Source of the DNA: an uncultured Gammaproteobacteria bacterium
Lineage (GTDB): Bacteria > Patescibacteriota > Patescibacteriia > SG8-24
Direction: 5' to 3'
DNA length: 64,000 nucleotides
Assembly: GCA_964407925.1 (NCBI GenBank)
Contig: CAYOXM010000002.1
Location: forward strand, 1,046-65,045
The notes under the pieces were generated by a model. That model searched no databases. It was given only the letters and a program-made list of their open reading frames with translations, and had not been told where the DNA came from. The translations under genes were made by a program, and so were the position numbers. Below are positions 8,087 through 17,792 of this stretch, piece after piece (position 1 is the first letter of the stretch; each line of letters opens with the position of its first letter).

Positions 8087-8113
8087 CTGCACGTAACCGC
8101 TCATCGAACCGCC

Positions 8114-9646
8114 ATGACGCAAGAACAGGCGATAGCCATTCTGAAAACCGGCGCGAGCGTCTTTTTGACGGGCGAGCCGGGGTCCGGAAAAACGCATACC
8201 GTGAACCGGTACGTGTCTTTTCTGCGCGGGCACGGCATCGAGCCCGCGCTCACCGCGTCGACGGGCATCGCCGCGACGCACATCGGCGGGATGACCGTGC
8301 ATTCGTGGTCGGGCATCGGCATCGCGGACGCGCTGTCCTCGTACGACCTCGAGCGCATCGCCTCGAACGAGCGCATCTGGAAGCGGCTGTCGAAAGCGAA
8401 AGTGCTCGTCATCGACGAGATTTCGATGCTCGACGCGCGCACGCTCGACATGGTGGATCAGGTCTGCCGCGCCGTCCGCCGCAAGGATGAGCCGTTCGGC
8501 GGCCTGCAGACCGTGCTCGTCGGCGACTTTTTCCAACTGCCGCCTGTCGCGCGGGAGGGCCGCGTCGCTTCCTTCGCGTTCCGTTCGCGCGCGTGGCAGG
8601 AACTCGCGCCGCGCGTCTGTTACCTCGCCGGCCAGTACCGTCAGGACGACAGGGCGTTCATGTCCGTCCTTTCCGCAATACGCGCGAACGTCGTCGGCGA
8701 GGATCATTTTCGCGAGCTTGAATCGCGCGTCGCGAATCCCGAGGACGCGCCGAAAGACGTCGTAAAGCTTTTTTCGCACAACGTCGACGTCGACCGCATC
8801 AACGACCGGGAGCTCGCGAGGATTTCCGGCGTCCCGCGCACGTACGAGATGCAGGCGCACGGCGCCGAGCGCCTGTTGGAATCGCTCCGCCGCAGCTGCC
8901 TGTCGCCGGAGAACCTCGCGCTCAAGGTCGGGGCGGCGGTCATGTTCACGCGCAACAACCCGCAGGCGGGGTTCGTGAACGGCACGCTCGGCACCGTCGA
9001 GGGGTTCGATCCCGATTCGGGATTTCCCGTCGTCGCGACGCGCCGCGGCGCGAAGATCAAGGCCGAGCCGATGGAATGGATGATCGACGATCAGGGAAAG
9101 TCGCTCGCCTCAGTGACCCAGGTGCCGCTCCGTCTCGCGTGGGCGATGACGATTCACAAGAGCCAGGGGATGAGCCTCGACGCCGCGCTCGTCGACCTCG
9201 GTGCGACGTTCGAATACGGGCAAGGGTACGTGGCCCTTTCGCGCGTACGGCGGCTGTCCGGGCTGTACCTGCTCGGGTGCAACGAACGCGCGACGCAGGT
9301 CCATCCCGAAGTCCTCGCCCAAGACATCGTCTTCCGCGACGCTTCGCGAGGAGCGGAAGAGCGGCTTGCAAGTCTCTCTGACGAAGCGCGGCTCGCGGCC
9401 GAGGAGGCGCACGTCGTCGCCTGCGGCGGCACGTTGGCGGTGAAAAAGGAGAAGAAAAAGCCCGCGCAGCAGGCGGCGCGCGAGCAGCATGCCAACGCCT
9501 ACGCGCGATGGACGCCGGACGAGGAAGGTGTGCTCGTCAGGATGTTCCGTTCAGGTTCCGCAGTGAAGGACATCGCCAAGCAGTTGGACCGCCAGCGCGG
9601 CGGCATAACGTCGCGGCTGAAGAAATTGGGGCTCATAAAGGACTAG
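8114..9646 (+). CDS. PIF1/RecD-like superfamily-1 DNA helicase with a C-terminal helix-turn-helix tail.
   Basis: Walker A GEPGSGKTH, motif II VLVIDEISM, GDFFQLPPV, and WAMTIHKSQG (a Pif1-family signature). Confidence 0.75.
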   Translation: MTQEQAIAILKTGASVFLTGEPGSGKTHTVNRYVSFLRGHGIEPALTASTGIAATHIGGMTVHSWSGIGIADALSSYDLERIASNERIWKRLSKAKVLVIDEISMLDARTLDMVDQVCRAVRRKDEPFGGLQTVLVGDFFQLPPVAREGRVASFAFRSRAWQELAPRVCYLAGQYRQDDRAFMSVLSAIRANVVGEDHFRELESRVANPEDAPKDVVKLFSHNVDVDRINDRELARISGVPRTYEMQAHGAERLLESLRRSCLSPENLALKVGAAVMFTRNNPQAGFVNGTLGTVEGFDPDSGFPVVATRRGAKIKAEPMEWMIDDQGKSLASVTQVPLRLAWAMTIHKSQGMSLDAALVDLGATFEYGQGYVALSRVRRLSGLYLLGCNERATQVHPEVLAQDIVFRDASRGAEERLASLSDEARLAAEEAHVVACGGTLAVKKEKKKPAQQAAREQHANAYARWTPDEEGVLVRMFRSGSAVKDIAKQLDRQRGGITSRLKKLGLIKD

Positions 9647-9674
9647 CCGTGGCGGGGAAAAGGCGGCCAAAATC

Positions 9675-9683
9675 TGCTATACT
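9675..9683 (+). promoter_or_regulatory. Extended -10 element TGCTATACT ending 6 nt before the ATG at 9690 (leaderless arrangement).
   Basis: Sequence motif. Confidence 0.45.
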
Positions 9684-9689
9684 GGGCGC

Positions 9690-10625
9690 ATGATCGCCCT
9701 GCACATCCTCCTGATGGCCTCGCTGTCCCTCATCATGGGACAGGCGGCGCACCACGTCGTGAATGCCGTCAAACACGCAGGCAAGCGTTTCGGCATAAGC
9801 AAGTTTCTCGTCGCGTTCGTGTTTCTCGGGATGGCGACCTCGACGCCCGAAGTCTCGGTGGCCGTGCTTTCCGCCCTCCGGGGCACGCCTGGCCTGTCGC
9901 TCGGCAACCTTCTCGGCGCGAACATCGTCATCCTCTCGCTGCTGTCGGGTCTCGCGGCCGTCATCGGCGGTCGGCTTCATCCCGGTGAAATCTACCGGAA
10001 GCGCACGCTGCCGCTTTTCCTGTTCATCGTGCTCCTGCCCGCCTTCGCCGCGCTCGACGGGCGGCTGACGCGCGCGGATGGCGTCCTCCTCGTGACGGCG
10101 CATTTCCTTTTCATCCTGCACCTCTATTGGAGCAGGGAAACGGGCACGCCGAGAGTTGAGACCGTCACGAAGGGCCCATTCAGGAGGCAGCTTGCCATTG
10201 CTGCCGCGGCGGTTCTCGTCCTCCTCTCGTCCTCGTATTTTCTCGTGAACTCCGCGCTCATCGTCGCGCGTTCTCTCGGTGCGACGCCGCTGCTCATCGG
10301 CCTCCTCCTGTTTTCCGTCGGTACCAACCTGCCCGAATTTTCGCTCGTCCTGACGCAGGCCGGGGGCCGTCAAAAAGACGTCGTCCTCGGCGACCTCTTC
10401 GGCAGCCTGCTCCTGAACACGCCGACGCTCGGCCTCCTCGCGCTCATCAGCCCTTTTACCATCGCCGATCAGGCCGCCGTGCAGGCATCGGCGGTTTTCC
10501 TCATCGCGCTCGCCGCCATTTTCGGCGCTTTCCTGTGGACCGGCCGTGCGCTCGAGCGGCGTGAGGGGTACTGCCTGCTCGCGCTCTACGCCGGATTCCT
10601 CGCGTGGTACGCGCGGTTCCTGTAG
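9690..10625 (+). CDS. Sodium/calcium exchanger (CaCA family, YrbG-like) membrane protein.
   Basis: Two alpha-repeat regions with GNLLGANI and GTNLPE motifs; polytopic membrane protein. Confidence 0.7.
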   Translation: MIALHILLMASLSLIMGQAAHHVVNAVKHAGKRFGISKFLVAFVFLGMATSTPEVSVAVLSALRGTPGLSLGNLLGANIVILSLLSGLAAVIGGRLHPGEIYRKRTLPLFLFIVLLPAFAALDGRLTRADGVLLVTAHFLFILHLYWSRETGTPRVETVTKGPFRRQLAIAAAAVLVLLSSSYFLVNSALIVARSLGATPLLIGLLLFSVGTNLPEFSLVLTQAGGRQKDVVLGDLFGSLLLNTPTLGLLALISPFTIADQAAVQASAVFLIALAAIFGAFLWTGRALERREGYCLLALYAGFLAWYARFL

Positions 10626-10654
10626 CGGCGCGCTCGCGGATGCGGGCTTTGACG

Positions 10655-10663
10655 TGGTATGCT
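10655..10663 (+). promoter_or_regulatory. Extended -10 element TGGTATGCT. The ORF-track start at 10659 lies inside it, so the real start is probably 10668 or 10674.
   Basis: Sequence motif overlapping the first ATG. Confidence 0.4.
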
Positions 10664-10673
10664 GCATATGCCT

Positions 10674-12455
10674 ATGCGCGACGAGAAACGCTTCCTGCAG
10701 GTTTTCGCCATCGGTCTCGCGGCCCTTGTGGTCGGCGGGGGCTTTTGGACGTCGTGGTCCGTGCGGCAGATCACCGCGCAGGTCAGGGAAGACCTGTCGT
10801 TCGGGGTCGAAATAACGGGTGCTGGCGTTAACGCGGCGCGCGTCGAACAGCTGACGCTGTCCCCGGCGGACAAGACCGCGGAGGACTACCTGCGCCTGCG
10901 CGCGTTCCTCGGTCGCGTGCAAAAGATGCTCGACCGCAAGCACGTCCGCGGCGTCTACCTGATGAAGGTGACCGGCGACGACGTCCGGTTCGTCGTGGAC
11001 TCGGCACCGGAGACCGATCCGTGGCACAGCGAACCCGGCAAAAAATACGAGGAGCCTCCGGCGGCGGTATTTGAAACGGCGCGTCTCGGCGAGACGCGAT
11101 TCGTCGGTCCGTACACCGACGAATACGGGACGTTTTATTCCGTTTTCTCGCCCGTGCGCGACGTGACGGGGCGCATCGTGGCCGTCGCCGGCGGCGACGT
11201 GGATGCCGCGATGTACGACCTTCTGGTGAACCGACGGTTGCGTCTGCTGTTGGCGATTGCGCTCCTTGCGATGGTCGCCTATTGCGCGCTCGGATTCGCC
11301 GTCGTGAGCGTGCTGCGGAGGCGGCACGAGCGGACGCGGCGTCTTGCGGAGCAGCTCCGCGGCGCGAGGGAGCGTGACGCCCTGCTCATGAACATCAACG
11401 AGGGGGTCGTGGCGGTCGACGAAAGCGGCATCGTGACCTTCGTCAACACGTACGCGGCGAAGGCGGTCGGAACGCGGCGCGAGGACGCCATCGGCAAGCC
11501 GTTCGAGCAGCGTTGGCTCGTCACGGATGAAAAGGGCGTTGAGCTTCCCGAGGAACGGCAGCCGCTCATGGCGGGCCGCGGCGGAAAGACGAAGGCGCCG
11601 AGCGGCGGATACGTGTATCTGCGCGGTAAAAACGGCACGTTCCCCGTCATCGTCGCCTCGGCGCGCGTGCGGGGCAAGGACTTTCCCGCCATGACGGTGA
11701 TGACGTTCAGGGATTACGCCAAGGAGGCGGAAGTCGACCGGATGAAGTCTGATTTCATCTCCGTCGCCGCGCATCAGATCAAGACGCCGCTCACTGCGCT
11801 CAAGTGGATTGTCGGAACCTTGACCGGCGCGAAAACCGTCCGTCCTCCCGAGGAGGCGGAAGTCATCGGCCAGTTGTCTGACGTCGTGCGGCATCTCGAC
11901 GAGCTCGTTCACGCGCTGCTGAATGTGTCGCGCATCGAGTCCGGAAAGTTAGTGCTCGAACCGCGGCCCGTGGCGCTCGCGCCGATCGTCGAGGATGCGA
12001 TGAAGGAAGTCGAGCTGAAGGCCAAGGAAAAAAATCTCCACCTGTCGCTCGTGGTCGGCGACGACGTCGCCGAGGCGATGGCGGACTCGCGAATCATCCG
12101 CGAAGTGTACAAGAACCTGCTCACGAACGCGGTGAAGTACACGTCAAAGGGGGGTCACGTCCATGTCGAGATCGCTGGTGACGGGGAAAGCGTGCGTTCG
12201 TCCGTCAAGGACGACGGGTACGGCATTCCCGACGCGGAAAAGGACCGCGTGTTCGCTAAGTTTTTCCGCGCTTCAAACGTGGTCGGTCTGGATGAAGAGG
12301 GGACGGGCCTCGGGCTGTATTACGCGAAGCAGGTCGTCGAGGCGTCCGGCGGCGAAATGTGGTTTGAATCGACGCAGGGCAAGGGCTCGACCTTTTATTT
12401 CAGATTGCCGGTCGCGGAGCTGAGGCCGAAGAAACACGCGACTCGAGCGCGCTAG
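10674..12455 (+). CDS. Sensor histidine kinase with an extracytoplasmic Cache-like domain, a TM helix, a PAS domain, HisKA and HATPase_c domains.
   Basis: H-box SVAAHQIKTPL. N/G boxes LLTNAVKYT and GTGLGL. PAS-like region INEGVVAVDESGIVTFVN. No response regulator lies adjacent. Confidence 0.8.
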   Translation: MRDEKRFLQVFAIGLAALVVGGGFWTSWSVRQITAQVREDLSFGVEITGAGVNAARVEQLTLSPADKTAEDYLRLRAFLGRVQKMLDRKHVRGVYLMKVTGDDVRFVVDSAPETDPWHSEPGKKYEEPPAAVFETARLGETRFVGPYTDEYGTFYSVFSPVRDVTGRIVAVAGGDVDAAMYDLLVNRRLRLLLAIALLAMVAYCALGFAVVSVLRRRHERTRRLAEQLRGARERDALLMNINEGVVAVDESGIVTFVNTYAAKAVGTRREDAIGKPFEQRWLVTDEKGVELPEERQPLMAGRGGKTKAPSGGYVYLRGKNGTFPVIVASARVRGKDFPAMTVMTFRDYAKEAEVDRMKSDFISVAAHQIKTPLTALKWIVGTLTGAKTVRPPEEAEVIGQLSDVVRHLDELVHALLNVSRIESGKLVLEPRPVALAPIVEDAMKEVELKAKEKNLHLSLVVGDDVAEAMADSRIIREVYKNLLTNAVKYTSKGGHVHVEIAGDGESVRSSVKDDGYGIPDAEKDRVFAKFFRASNVVGLDEEGTGLGLYYAKQVVEASGGEMWFESTQGKGSTFYFRLPVAELRPKKHATRAR

Positions 12456-12466
12456 CCTGCCGCCCC

Positions 12467-13813
12467 ATGCGCACGACCATCACCGTCGCCATCCTCTCCC
12501 TCCTCCTGGCCGGTCCCGCGCTCGCCGCCCCCGCATCGGGGTCGCTCGTCCGCGCCTCGCAACCATCCGTCTATTATTACGGACCTGACGGCAAACGGTA
12601 CGTCTTCCCGAACGAGAAGACGTACAAGACGTGGTATGCCGATTTCAGCGGCGTCATCAAGATTTCGGACGCGGACCTCGCCGCGATTCCGCTCGGCGGC
12701 AACGTGACGTACAAGCCGGGGAGCAGGATGGTGAAAATAACGTCCGATTCCAAAGTTTACGCGGTCGACGCCGGCGGTACGCTCCGGCCGATTCAGGACG
12801 AGGCTGCCGCGAAGGCGTTGTACGGTTCCTCGTGGAACACGATGGTCGACGACGTGCCGGACGCGTTTTTCGTGAATTACAAGACGGGGGCCGCGGTCGC
12901 GACGGCGGCCGATTTCTCGCCGTCCGCCGCAACGGCGAAGGCGGCGTCGATAGCGGCCGACCGCGGTCTTGCCGCCGTCTCTTCCCTCGACATCCACGCC
13001 CTGCCGATAGGCGACGGAAAATATTCAACGGCGTCAAAAAGGGGGTACGTGTATTCTTGTCAGACTGCGTTCAGCGGCGGCGGCGCGTTCGCGTCGGGGA
13101 GCTGGATAAGCGGCGCGACGTGGGATGCGACGAAAAAGCCGACGGTCGACGGCAGCGTGACCTGGCCGAACGCCGCGTTCGCGATCGCGAAAAGCGGTGT
13201 CAGCCGGACGTTCACGAGCAACGCCCTGCCGAAAAATCACGCGACGGGGACCTTCCCGATTTCCGCATCGGATGACGCGTACATGTACGACCGTAATCCG
13301 AATTCGATCGCCGCGCAGTCGCTCTCGTTCACGCTTCCCGTCAGTCCGGTTGTCGCCGCGAACCCGTCCTGCGTCGGCGGCGAGGTCGGCATTGCGACGT
13401 CCGGCGTTCCCATTTTTAACGGATTTGACGCCGGCGGACGCGACGCGGTCGCTCATGAAATCCAGGATTCGTGCGGCGGCCATCCGCAGGTTTCGGGCAT
13501 GTACCACTACCATGGGCCGAGCGCGTGCGTCGCGACGGGCGATTCCGAACTGTTCGGCTACGCCTTCGACGGTTTCGGCATCTTCTCGAACGTCGAGAGC
13601 GGGAAGTCGCTCACGAACGACGACCTCGACGAGTGTCACGGGCACAGCCACGCGATATCGTGGGACGGTGTCATGACGACGATGTACCACTATCACCTGA
13701 CGAAGGAATTCCCTTACACCGTCGGTTGCTTCCGCGGCCAGAAGTACGTGAACGGTCCGCTTGGCGGCGGTGCAGGTCCGGGCGGCATGCAGGGGCCTCC
13801 CCCGATGTTCTGA
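12467..13813 (+). CDS. Secreted YHYH-domain protein with an N-terminal repeat domain of the type seen in Parcubacteria-like exported proteins.
   Basis: Signal peptide. YYYGPDGKRYVFPNEKTYKTWY...ISDADL module. C-terminal YHYHGP...YHYHLT motifs. Confidence 0.55.
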   Translation: MRTTITVAILSLLLAGPALAAPASGSLVRASQPSVYYYGPDGKRYVFPNEKTYKTWYADFSGVIKISDADLAAIPLGGNVTYKPGSRMVKITSDSKVYAVDAGGTLRPIQDEAAAKALYGSSWNTMVDDVPDAFFVNYKTGAAVATAADFSPSAATAKAASIAADRGLAAVSSLDIHALPIGDGKYSTASKRGYVYSCQTAFSGGGAFASGSWISGATWDATKKPTVDGSVTWPNAAFAIAKSGVSRTFTSNALPKNHATGTFPISASDDAYMYDRNPNSIAAQSLSFTLPVSPVVAANPSCVGGEVGIATSGVPIFNGFDAGGRDAVAHEIQDSCGGHPQVSGMYHYHGPSACVATGDSELFGYAFDGFGIFSNVESGKSLTNDDLDECHGHSHAISWDGVMTTMYHYHLTKEFPYTVGCFRGQKYVNGPLGGGAGPGGMQGPPPMF

Positions 13814-13854
13814 TGCGCGCGAGGTCACCGATGACGCTCGCGAAGAAGAAGCGT

Positions 13855-13884
13855 GAAACGAACCTCCGCGGAGGTTCGTTTTTC
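13855..13884. terminator. Intrinsic terminator between convergent secreted-protein genes.
   Basis: gaaacgaacctcc-gcgg-aggttcgtttttc hairpin with flanking A/T runs. Confidence 0.55.
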
Positions 13885-13899
13885 ATTCGGCCGGCGGCG

Positions 13900-14985
13900 T
13901 CAGCGCCACAGGCGCTTCGGGCCGAGCACCGCGTTGTGGAGCCAAAGTTCGAAAAGCGACGCCCACGTGGGATCGATTTCCGGTTCGGCGAGCAGCGGCG
14001 TCGAGAAGTTCACGTTGAACCGCCGCCATGGCGACCACATCTGCCAGCCGCGCCTTCCCCAGTAATGGCGGGCGCGCAACCGGTAATGGCCGTCCGGCAG
14101 CACGCGCCGGATGACGCCGGTATCGCCGAAGCAGTCGATCCTGTCGTCGCTGCACCGAACGGCGGCGTGGGAAACGTCCTTGGCGCGGGAGATGACCACG
14201 GTTTCCCACGTCCGGGCGGCGTCATCCCACGTTTCGAGGTGGTACTGGCTGTAAAAATGCTCGTCGTCGTTCGGATCGTCCTTTTCCCCGATGTCGAGCG
14301 GGTGACGGGACCGCGTGACGTCCGTGTAGAATTCGAACGTGATGACCGGCTCGTGGCGGTACAGCCCCTCGTACGGCAGTCTGACGAACGTGCGTCCGAG
14401 GGCGGCGGGGGCCCCTCGCGGCTTCCGTACGAGGTCTTCGGACATGATTTTGAAATACGCGTCCAGTTCCGGCGTGCCGTAATACGACTGCGGGGCCGGC
14501 AGGGGGTTGTTTCTCGTGAAGCGCACCTGGAGCTGGTTGTTGCACTGCAGGTGCATGTCCTTTCCCGTGTGCAGCAGCACGATTTGCCCAACGGTGATGT
14601 TCGTCTCCTGCGTCAGGTCGTAGTAAACCTCCTTGGTTTCGTAGCGCTTGAACGAAAAAGTTTCGGGGTCGCCCCAGACCCACCGTCCGCCGTCGAAAAC
14701 CCCGGGGGACAGCATCGCCTTGCATGGCCGCTCGCCCTCGTTGCGGATCAGGACGGCGAACCCCAGGAAGCGCGCGTCCCGGTTGACGAAGCAGTCCTCG
14801 TTGTTCGCGAAGTGGATGAAGTTGCCGCCGTCGCCTTCCTCCTGCTCCTCCTGCGCGCAGTTGACCATCGCCGCCTGAGCGGCGCGCGGCGCAGTCGAGA
14901 AGCATGCCGCGGCGACGAGGGCCAATGCCGCGGCCCGTCGCGCGTGCCGTGCTGTGGCATCTCCGTTGTGGCGGAAGAGGGCCAT
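13900..14985 (-). CDS. Secreted hypothetical protein (~360 aa), Trp/Arg-rich at the C-terminus, no recognisable domain.
   Basis: Signal peptide MALFRHNG...ALALVAAACFSTAPRAAQA. High GC3 throughout. Confidence 0.5.
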   Translation of the reverse strand: MALFRHNGDATARHARRAAALALVAAACFSTAPRAAQAAMVNCAQEEQEEGDGGNFIHFANNEDCFVNRDARFLGFAVLIRNEGERPCKAMLSPGVFDGGRWVWGDPETFSFKRYETKEVYYDLTQETNITVGQIVLLHTGKDMHLQCNNQLQVRFTRNNPLPAPQSYYGTPELDAYFKIMSEDLVRKPRGAPAALGRTFVRLPYEGLYRHEPVITFEFYTDVTRSRHPLDIGEKDDPNDDEHFYSQYHLETWDDAARTWETVVISRAKDVSHAAVRCSDDRIDCFGDTGVIRRVLPDGHYRLRARHYWGRRGWQMWSPWRRFNVNFSTPLLAEPEIDPTWASLFELWLHNAVLGPKRLWR

Positions 14986-14986
14986 G

Positions 14987-15514
14987 TCAGCGGACCGCAA
15001 TGACGCGGTAGATGACCATCTTCGCCGGTCCCTTCACGGCGGCCTCGTCCCCCGGTTTTTTTCCGAGGAGCGCCTTGCCGAGCGGCGAAAGGTGCGAGAT
15101 GCGTCCCGAAGAAGGGTCGGTTTCCTGCGAACCGGTCAGCTGATACCGCTTCTCCTTGCCGTTGACCTCGACGACGACCGTCGAGCCGATGCGCGCCCCG
15201 CCTTCGGCGTCGGCTCCCGGACGGATGACGACGGCGAATTTCAGCCGTTCCTTCATTTCGAAAATCAGGCTGTCGATTTTCATGAGACGGCCCTTGGCCT
15301 CGGAATACGCGGCATTCTCGGAAAGGTCGCCCATCTCCCTCGCGCGCGTGAGGTCCTCGAGCGCGCGGGGTCGCGAAACGTCCTCCAGCCGGCGGAGATC
15401 TTTCTCGATTTTCTGCAGGGCAGCCGGCGACAGGAAGTCGTCGGCAGGGCCGCCGTACTTCCTGCGTTCCGCCGAGCGCCGTTTCGGTACTTGCATAGCG
15501 GGGGATAAGGGCAT
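14987..15514 (-). CDS. greA: Transcription elongation factor GreA.
   Basis: GDLSENAAY...KG signature and a C-terminal FKBP-like domain. An alternative start at 15496 (MQVPKRR) is possible. Confidence 0.8.
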   Translation of the reverse strand: MPLSPAMQVPKRRSAERRKYGGPADDFLSPAALQKIEKDLRRLEDVSRPRALEDLTRAREMGDLSENAAYSEAKGRLMKIDSLIFEMKERLKFAVVIRPGADAEGGARIGSTVVVEVNGKEKRYQLTGSQETDPSSGRISHLSPLGKALLGKKPGDEAAVKGPAKMVIYRVIAVR

Positions 15515-15556
15515 GGTAGCGGTACGGGCTCGGCGGTGGCAAGGCCGCCTTAAACG

Positions 15557-15565
15557 TGGTATACT
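15557..15565 (+). promoter_or_regulatory. Extended -10 element TGGTATACT ending 7 nt before the ATG at 15573 (leaderless arrangement).
   Basis: Sequence motif. Confidence 0.45.
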
Positions 15566-15572
15566 GTCTTAC

Positions 15573-16421
15573 ATGAACCTCTCGAGGAAGGTCAGTAACG
15601 AACAGCACGACATTACCGCGCTTTTCGTCCTTAACGTGCTTATCGTCGCGGCGGCGCTCCTCGCCGGCGACGGCAAGTCGTTCTTCCAGGACGGAACGGT
15701 ATACGGTTTCGGCCTGCTGTTTCTCACCCTCGCGTCGGTACGCGCCGCGACGCTCTATCGGCTGTTCGACCCGACGCTGAAGAAGTACATCGCGATGTGC
15801 TCGGCGGGCATGATCATCTTCGCGGGGTCGCAAGTGTTCGAAATCGCGATTGCCGCGGCCGGCACGCGGACCTTCATGAACATGATGCACGTGACGAGCC
15901 TGTATGTCATGGCGGTGCTCGTGATGACGTGGGCTTCCGCGAGCCTTCTCGCCGAGGCGAAGCTCGAAAAGAGCTACGGTCCGTTCACCAAGAACGCGGC
16001 CGTCGGGCTCGCCGTCCTCGCCGCGGCCGGCTGGTTCACCGCCGACGTCTACCTGCAGAAAATCGATCCCACGTTCCACTTCGACAGCAGGATGATGATG
16101 CTCATCGCCCTGCTCATCGCCGTCATCGCGGGATTCGGATTGCACGCCATCCTCATGGTGAAGCGAAAATTCAGCGTGCTCAGCGGCTTCGCCGAATACC
16201 TCGGCATCGCGTTCATGCTCATGGTGCTTACGGGCGCCGTCTCGATGCTCGAGGCGGTCCGCAGTTACGCGTTCTTCCGCGAGGGCATCCACACGACGTC
16301 GTACGCGCGGTACGTGCTTTTTTACGCCGCGCTCAGCTTCCTTTTCGTGGCTTTCGGCAAGATGCGGAAGCTTGGCGGCATCTACAGCGACTTGGAAGCG
16401 GAGAGGGAAAAGGGGGCGTGA
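15573..16421 (+). CDS. Polytopic membrane protein of unknown function.
   Basis: ATG at 15573 (MNLSRKV...) inside ORF 15156..16421. About eight hydrophobic helices. Confidence 0.5.
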   Translation: MNLSRKVSNEQHDITALFVLNVLIVAAALLAGDGKSFFQDGTVYGFGLLFLTLASVRAATLYRLFDPTLKKYIAMCSAGMIIFAGSQVFEIAIAAAGTRTFMNMMHVTSLYVMAVLVMTWASASLLAEAKLEKSYGPFTKNAAVGLAVLAAAGWFTADVYLQKIDPTFHFDSRMMMLIALLIAVIAGFGLHAILMVKRKFSVLSGFAEYLGIAFMLMVLTGAVSMLEAVRSYAFFREGIHTTSYARYVLFYAALSFLFVAFGKMRKLGGIYSDLEAEREKGA

Positions 16422-16487
16422 ATCGCGGGGGCGGATTGACGCGTGGACCCGCAAGGTCCATGCTGTTTTTATAGCCTACGAACTCCT

Positions 16488-17756
16488 ATGCGATCAGCAA
16501 ATCCGTTCGAAAACGCGTTGTTGCAGATAAGTCGCGCCGCAGCCGTCCGCGCGTTCGCGCCTGCATTTCTTGAGTCGCTACGGCACCCGAAGCGCGAAAT
16601 TCGCGTCGCCATTCCGGTGCGCATGGATGACGGCAGTCAGCGCATTTTCGAGGGCTACCGCGTGCAGCACGACAACGCGCGAGGGCCGTACAAGGGCGGC
16701 ATCCGTTTCCATCAGGACACCGACATTGACGAAGTCCGCGCGCTCGCGCTCTGGATGACGATGAAGTGCAGCCTTGCGGGCCTGCCGATGGGCGGCGGCA
16801 AGGGCGGCGTGACCGTCGACCCGAAAACCCTTTCCAAAGGCGAGCTCGAACGGCTTTCGCGCGGGTTCGTCCGAGCGCTCGTCGACGTACTCGGACCGGA
16901 AAAGGACGTTCCGGCGCCGGACGTGAACACCACGCCGGAAATAATGGCGTGGATGGCCGACGAGTACGCCAGGCTCACCGGCGACGGTTCCGGCGCGGTG
17001 ATCACCGGCAAGCCGCTCGACAGGGGCGGATCGGAAGGCCGCGGCAAGGCGACCGCGCTCGGCGGTTTCTACGTCTTTCAGACGCTGCGTGCGCGGCTCG
17101 GTCTGCCTGAACGCTGCCATGTGGCCGTCCAGGGTTTTGGCAACGCCGGACGGCACGCGGCCGAGCTGTGGGCCGCCGCGGGACACCGTGTCGTCGCCGT
17201 ATCCGATTCGCGCGGCGGCGTTCACGACGAGGGCGGCCTCGACGTCGCGGCAGTCGCCGCGCACAAGGACGCGACGGGTTCGGTAGTCGGTTTCCCCGGT
17301 GCGCGGACGGTGACGAACGAGGCGCTGCTCGAACTCGCCTGCGACCTCCTCGTGCCCGCCGCACTCGAGAATCAGTTGACTGCGGCGAACGCCGGCCGGA
17401 TCAGGGCGACGGCGGTGCTGGAGCTCGCGAACGGGCCGACGACGCCCGAGGCCGACGACGCCCTGTTCGCTTCGAGAGTCCACGTCGTGCCCGACATCCT
17501 CGCGAACGCGGGCGGCGTAACCGTTTCGACTTTCGAATGGGAACAGAACCTCAGGGGCGAGCGTTGGTCGGAAGAAGAAGTCCTCGAGAAACTTTCCGCG
17601 AACATTCGCGCGCAGGCTGAGGCCACGTGGGCTCGTGCCAAAGAACTGCATACGGACATGCGTCGCGCGGCGTTCGCACTCGCACTCGAACGGCTTGAGG
17701 AGGCGAAGGCGCGCGCGGAGGAAAGAGCGGCGGAGCGTCAAGCCGTTGCCGCGTGA
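16488..17756 (+). CDS. gdhA: Glutamate dehydrogenase (Glu/Leu/Phe/Val dehydrogenase family).
   Basis: GPYKGGIRFH and GGGKGG motifs; start placed at MRSANPFE. Confidence 0.85.
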   Translation: MRSANPFENALLQISRAAAVRAFAPAFLESLRHPKREIRVAIPVRMDDGSQRIFEGYRVQHDNARGPYKGGIRFHQDTDIDEVRALALWMTMKCSLAGLPMGGGKGGVTVDPKTLSKGELERLSRGFVRALVDVLGPEKDVPAPDVNTTPEIMAWMADEYARLTGDGSGAVITGKPLDRGGSEGRGKATALGGFYVFQTLRARLGLPERCHVAVQGFGNAGRHAAELWAAAGHRVVAVSDSRGGVHDEGGLDVAAVAAHKDATGSVVGFPGARTVTNEALLELACDLLVPAALENQLTAANAGRIRATAVLELANGPTTPEADDALFASRVHVVPDILANAGGVTVSTFEWEQNLRGERWSEEEVLEKLSANIRAQAEATWARAKELHTDMRRAAFALALERLEEAKARAEERAAERQAVAA

Positions 17757-17765
17757 TGGCGGAGA

Positions 17766-17792
17766 AAAGGGCCGAAAGGCCCTTTTTACTTT
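17766..17792. terminator. Bidirectional intrinsic terminator (aaaagggcc-gaaa-ggcccttttt).
   Basis: Hairpin flanked by an A-run and a T-run between convergent genes. Confidence 0.6.

Noticed and set aside
9003-9013. GGTTCGATCCC, a tRNA T-loop-like motif
   Set aside because: It lies inside the Pif1-family helicase coding frame (..EGFDPDS..), and no acceptor or anticodon stems can be formed around it.
9633-11912. 759-aa minus-strand ORF antisense to the CaCA exchanger and histidine kinase
   Set aside because: Same high-GC antisense artefact; the plus-strand genes carry unambiguous family motifs.
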